From contig NC_086097.1 in NCBI RefSeq assembly GCF_963921235.1, positions 75,022,001 to 75,086,000 on the forward strand: a stretch of 64,000 nucleotides of DNA. The letters run 5' to 3'. Position 1 is the stretch's first letter. Each line of letters begins with the position of its first letter. This DNA is from Mobula hypostoma. Lineage: Eukaryota. The notes beneath the pieces were generated by a model, which worked only from the letters and a program-made list of their open reading frames with translations, ran no database searches and had not been told where the DNA came from. The position numbers were made by a program, and so were the translations under genes. Shown here piece by piece: positions 63,597 through 64,000 of this stretch.

Positions 63597-63660
63597 CTTA
63601 GGATTTGAACCCGTTTTGCCTGGATTAGTTGCTGAGTAATATAATCACTATGATACAATA
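63597..63660 (-). mobile_element. Decayed tRNA-derived SINE head
   Basis: GGATTTGAACCC (reverse B-box) and CTGGATTAG...AATCACTATG. Confidence 0.4.
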
Positions 63661-64000
63661 TCTGGTATGAGGCATTTCAGCAGATTTAAATAGGATATTC
63701 TGAAAGCTGGATTAGCATAGTTCAAAGCCTAGTTCTGTAAATGAGCAAATTATATGGACTGCAAGTCCTTTGTTCTAATTGAAAATAATTTGTAGATGTT
63801 TATGTAGTTACCTTTTGATCCTTGCTCATGATGCTGTTTTTTCAAGGAGCAACGCTAAAGTAAAGTGTTGAAGAAAAATGAAAGCTTTCTTTCTGTCAGA
63901 CTGCAGAATTAAACAATTAAAATGGTTGTTTTTGCTGAACAGATTAGTTTTAATTTCTAAATTTATATATAGTGGATTCCAGTTAATTGGGACATATTGT

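Overview
Repeat-rich, AT-rich vertebrate DNA. The mix of CR1, Rex1/Babar, Penelope, V-SINE and Deu-SINE repeats points to a cartilaginous fish, probably a ray (inference). I find no convincing host protein-coding exon, rRNA, true tRNA or CRISPR array, so the window is probably intergenic or intronic. Every recognisable ORF belongs to a transposable element. These are many CR1 and Rex1/Babar fragments, a 5'-truncated L1 with a 497-aa open ORF2 tail and a perfect 14-bp TSD, two Tc1 elements with TIRs, a truncated Gypsy element, a separate LTR, two Penelope-like (RT + GIY-YIG) elements, two copies of a ~600-bp probable RTE-derived element, and a heavily decayed Harbinger transposase split by three later insertions. 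The most interesting structure is a Penelope/hammerhead system. Both Penelope elements end in a minimal type I hammerhead motif. The same terminal sequence also occurs as several small, partly palindromic stand-alone elements, three with 14-17 bp TSD-like flanks and one with hammerhead motifs on both strands. A ~9 kb interval (about 19.2-28.5 kb) is nearly free of recognisable TEs and may hold conserved regulatory elements. Family names come from recalled motifs, not database searches, and boundaries are approximate.
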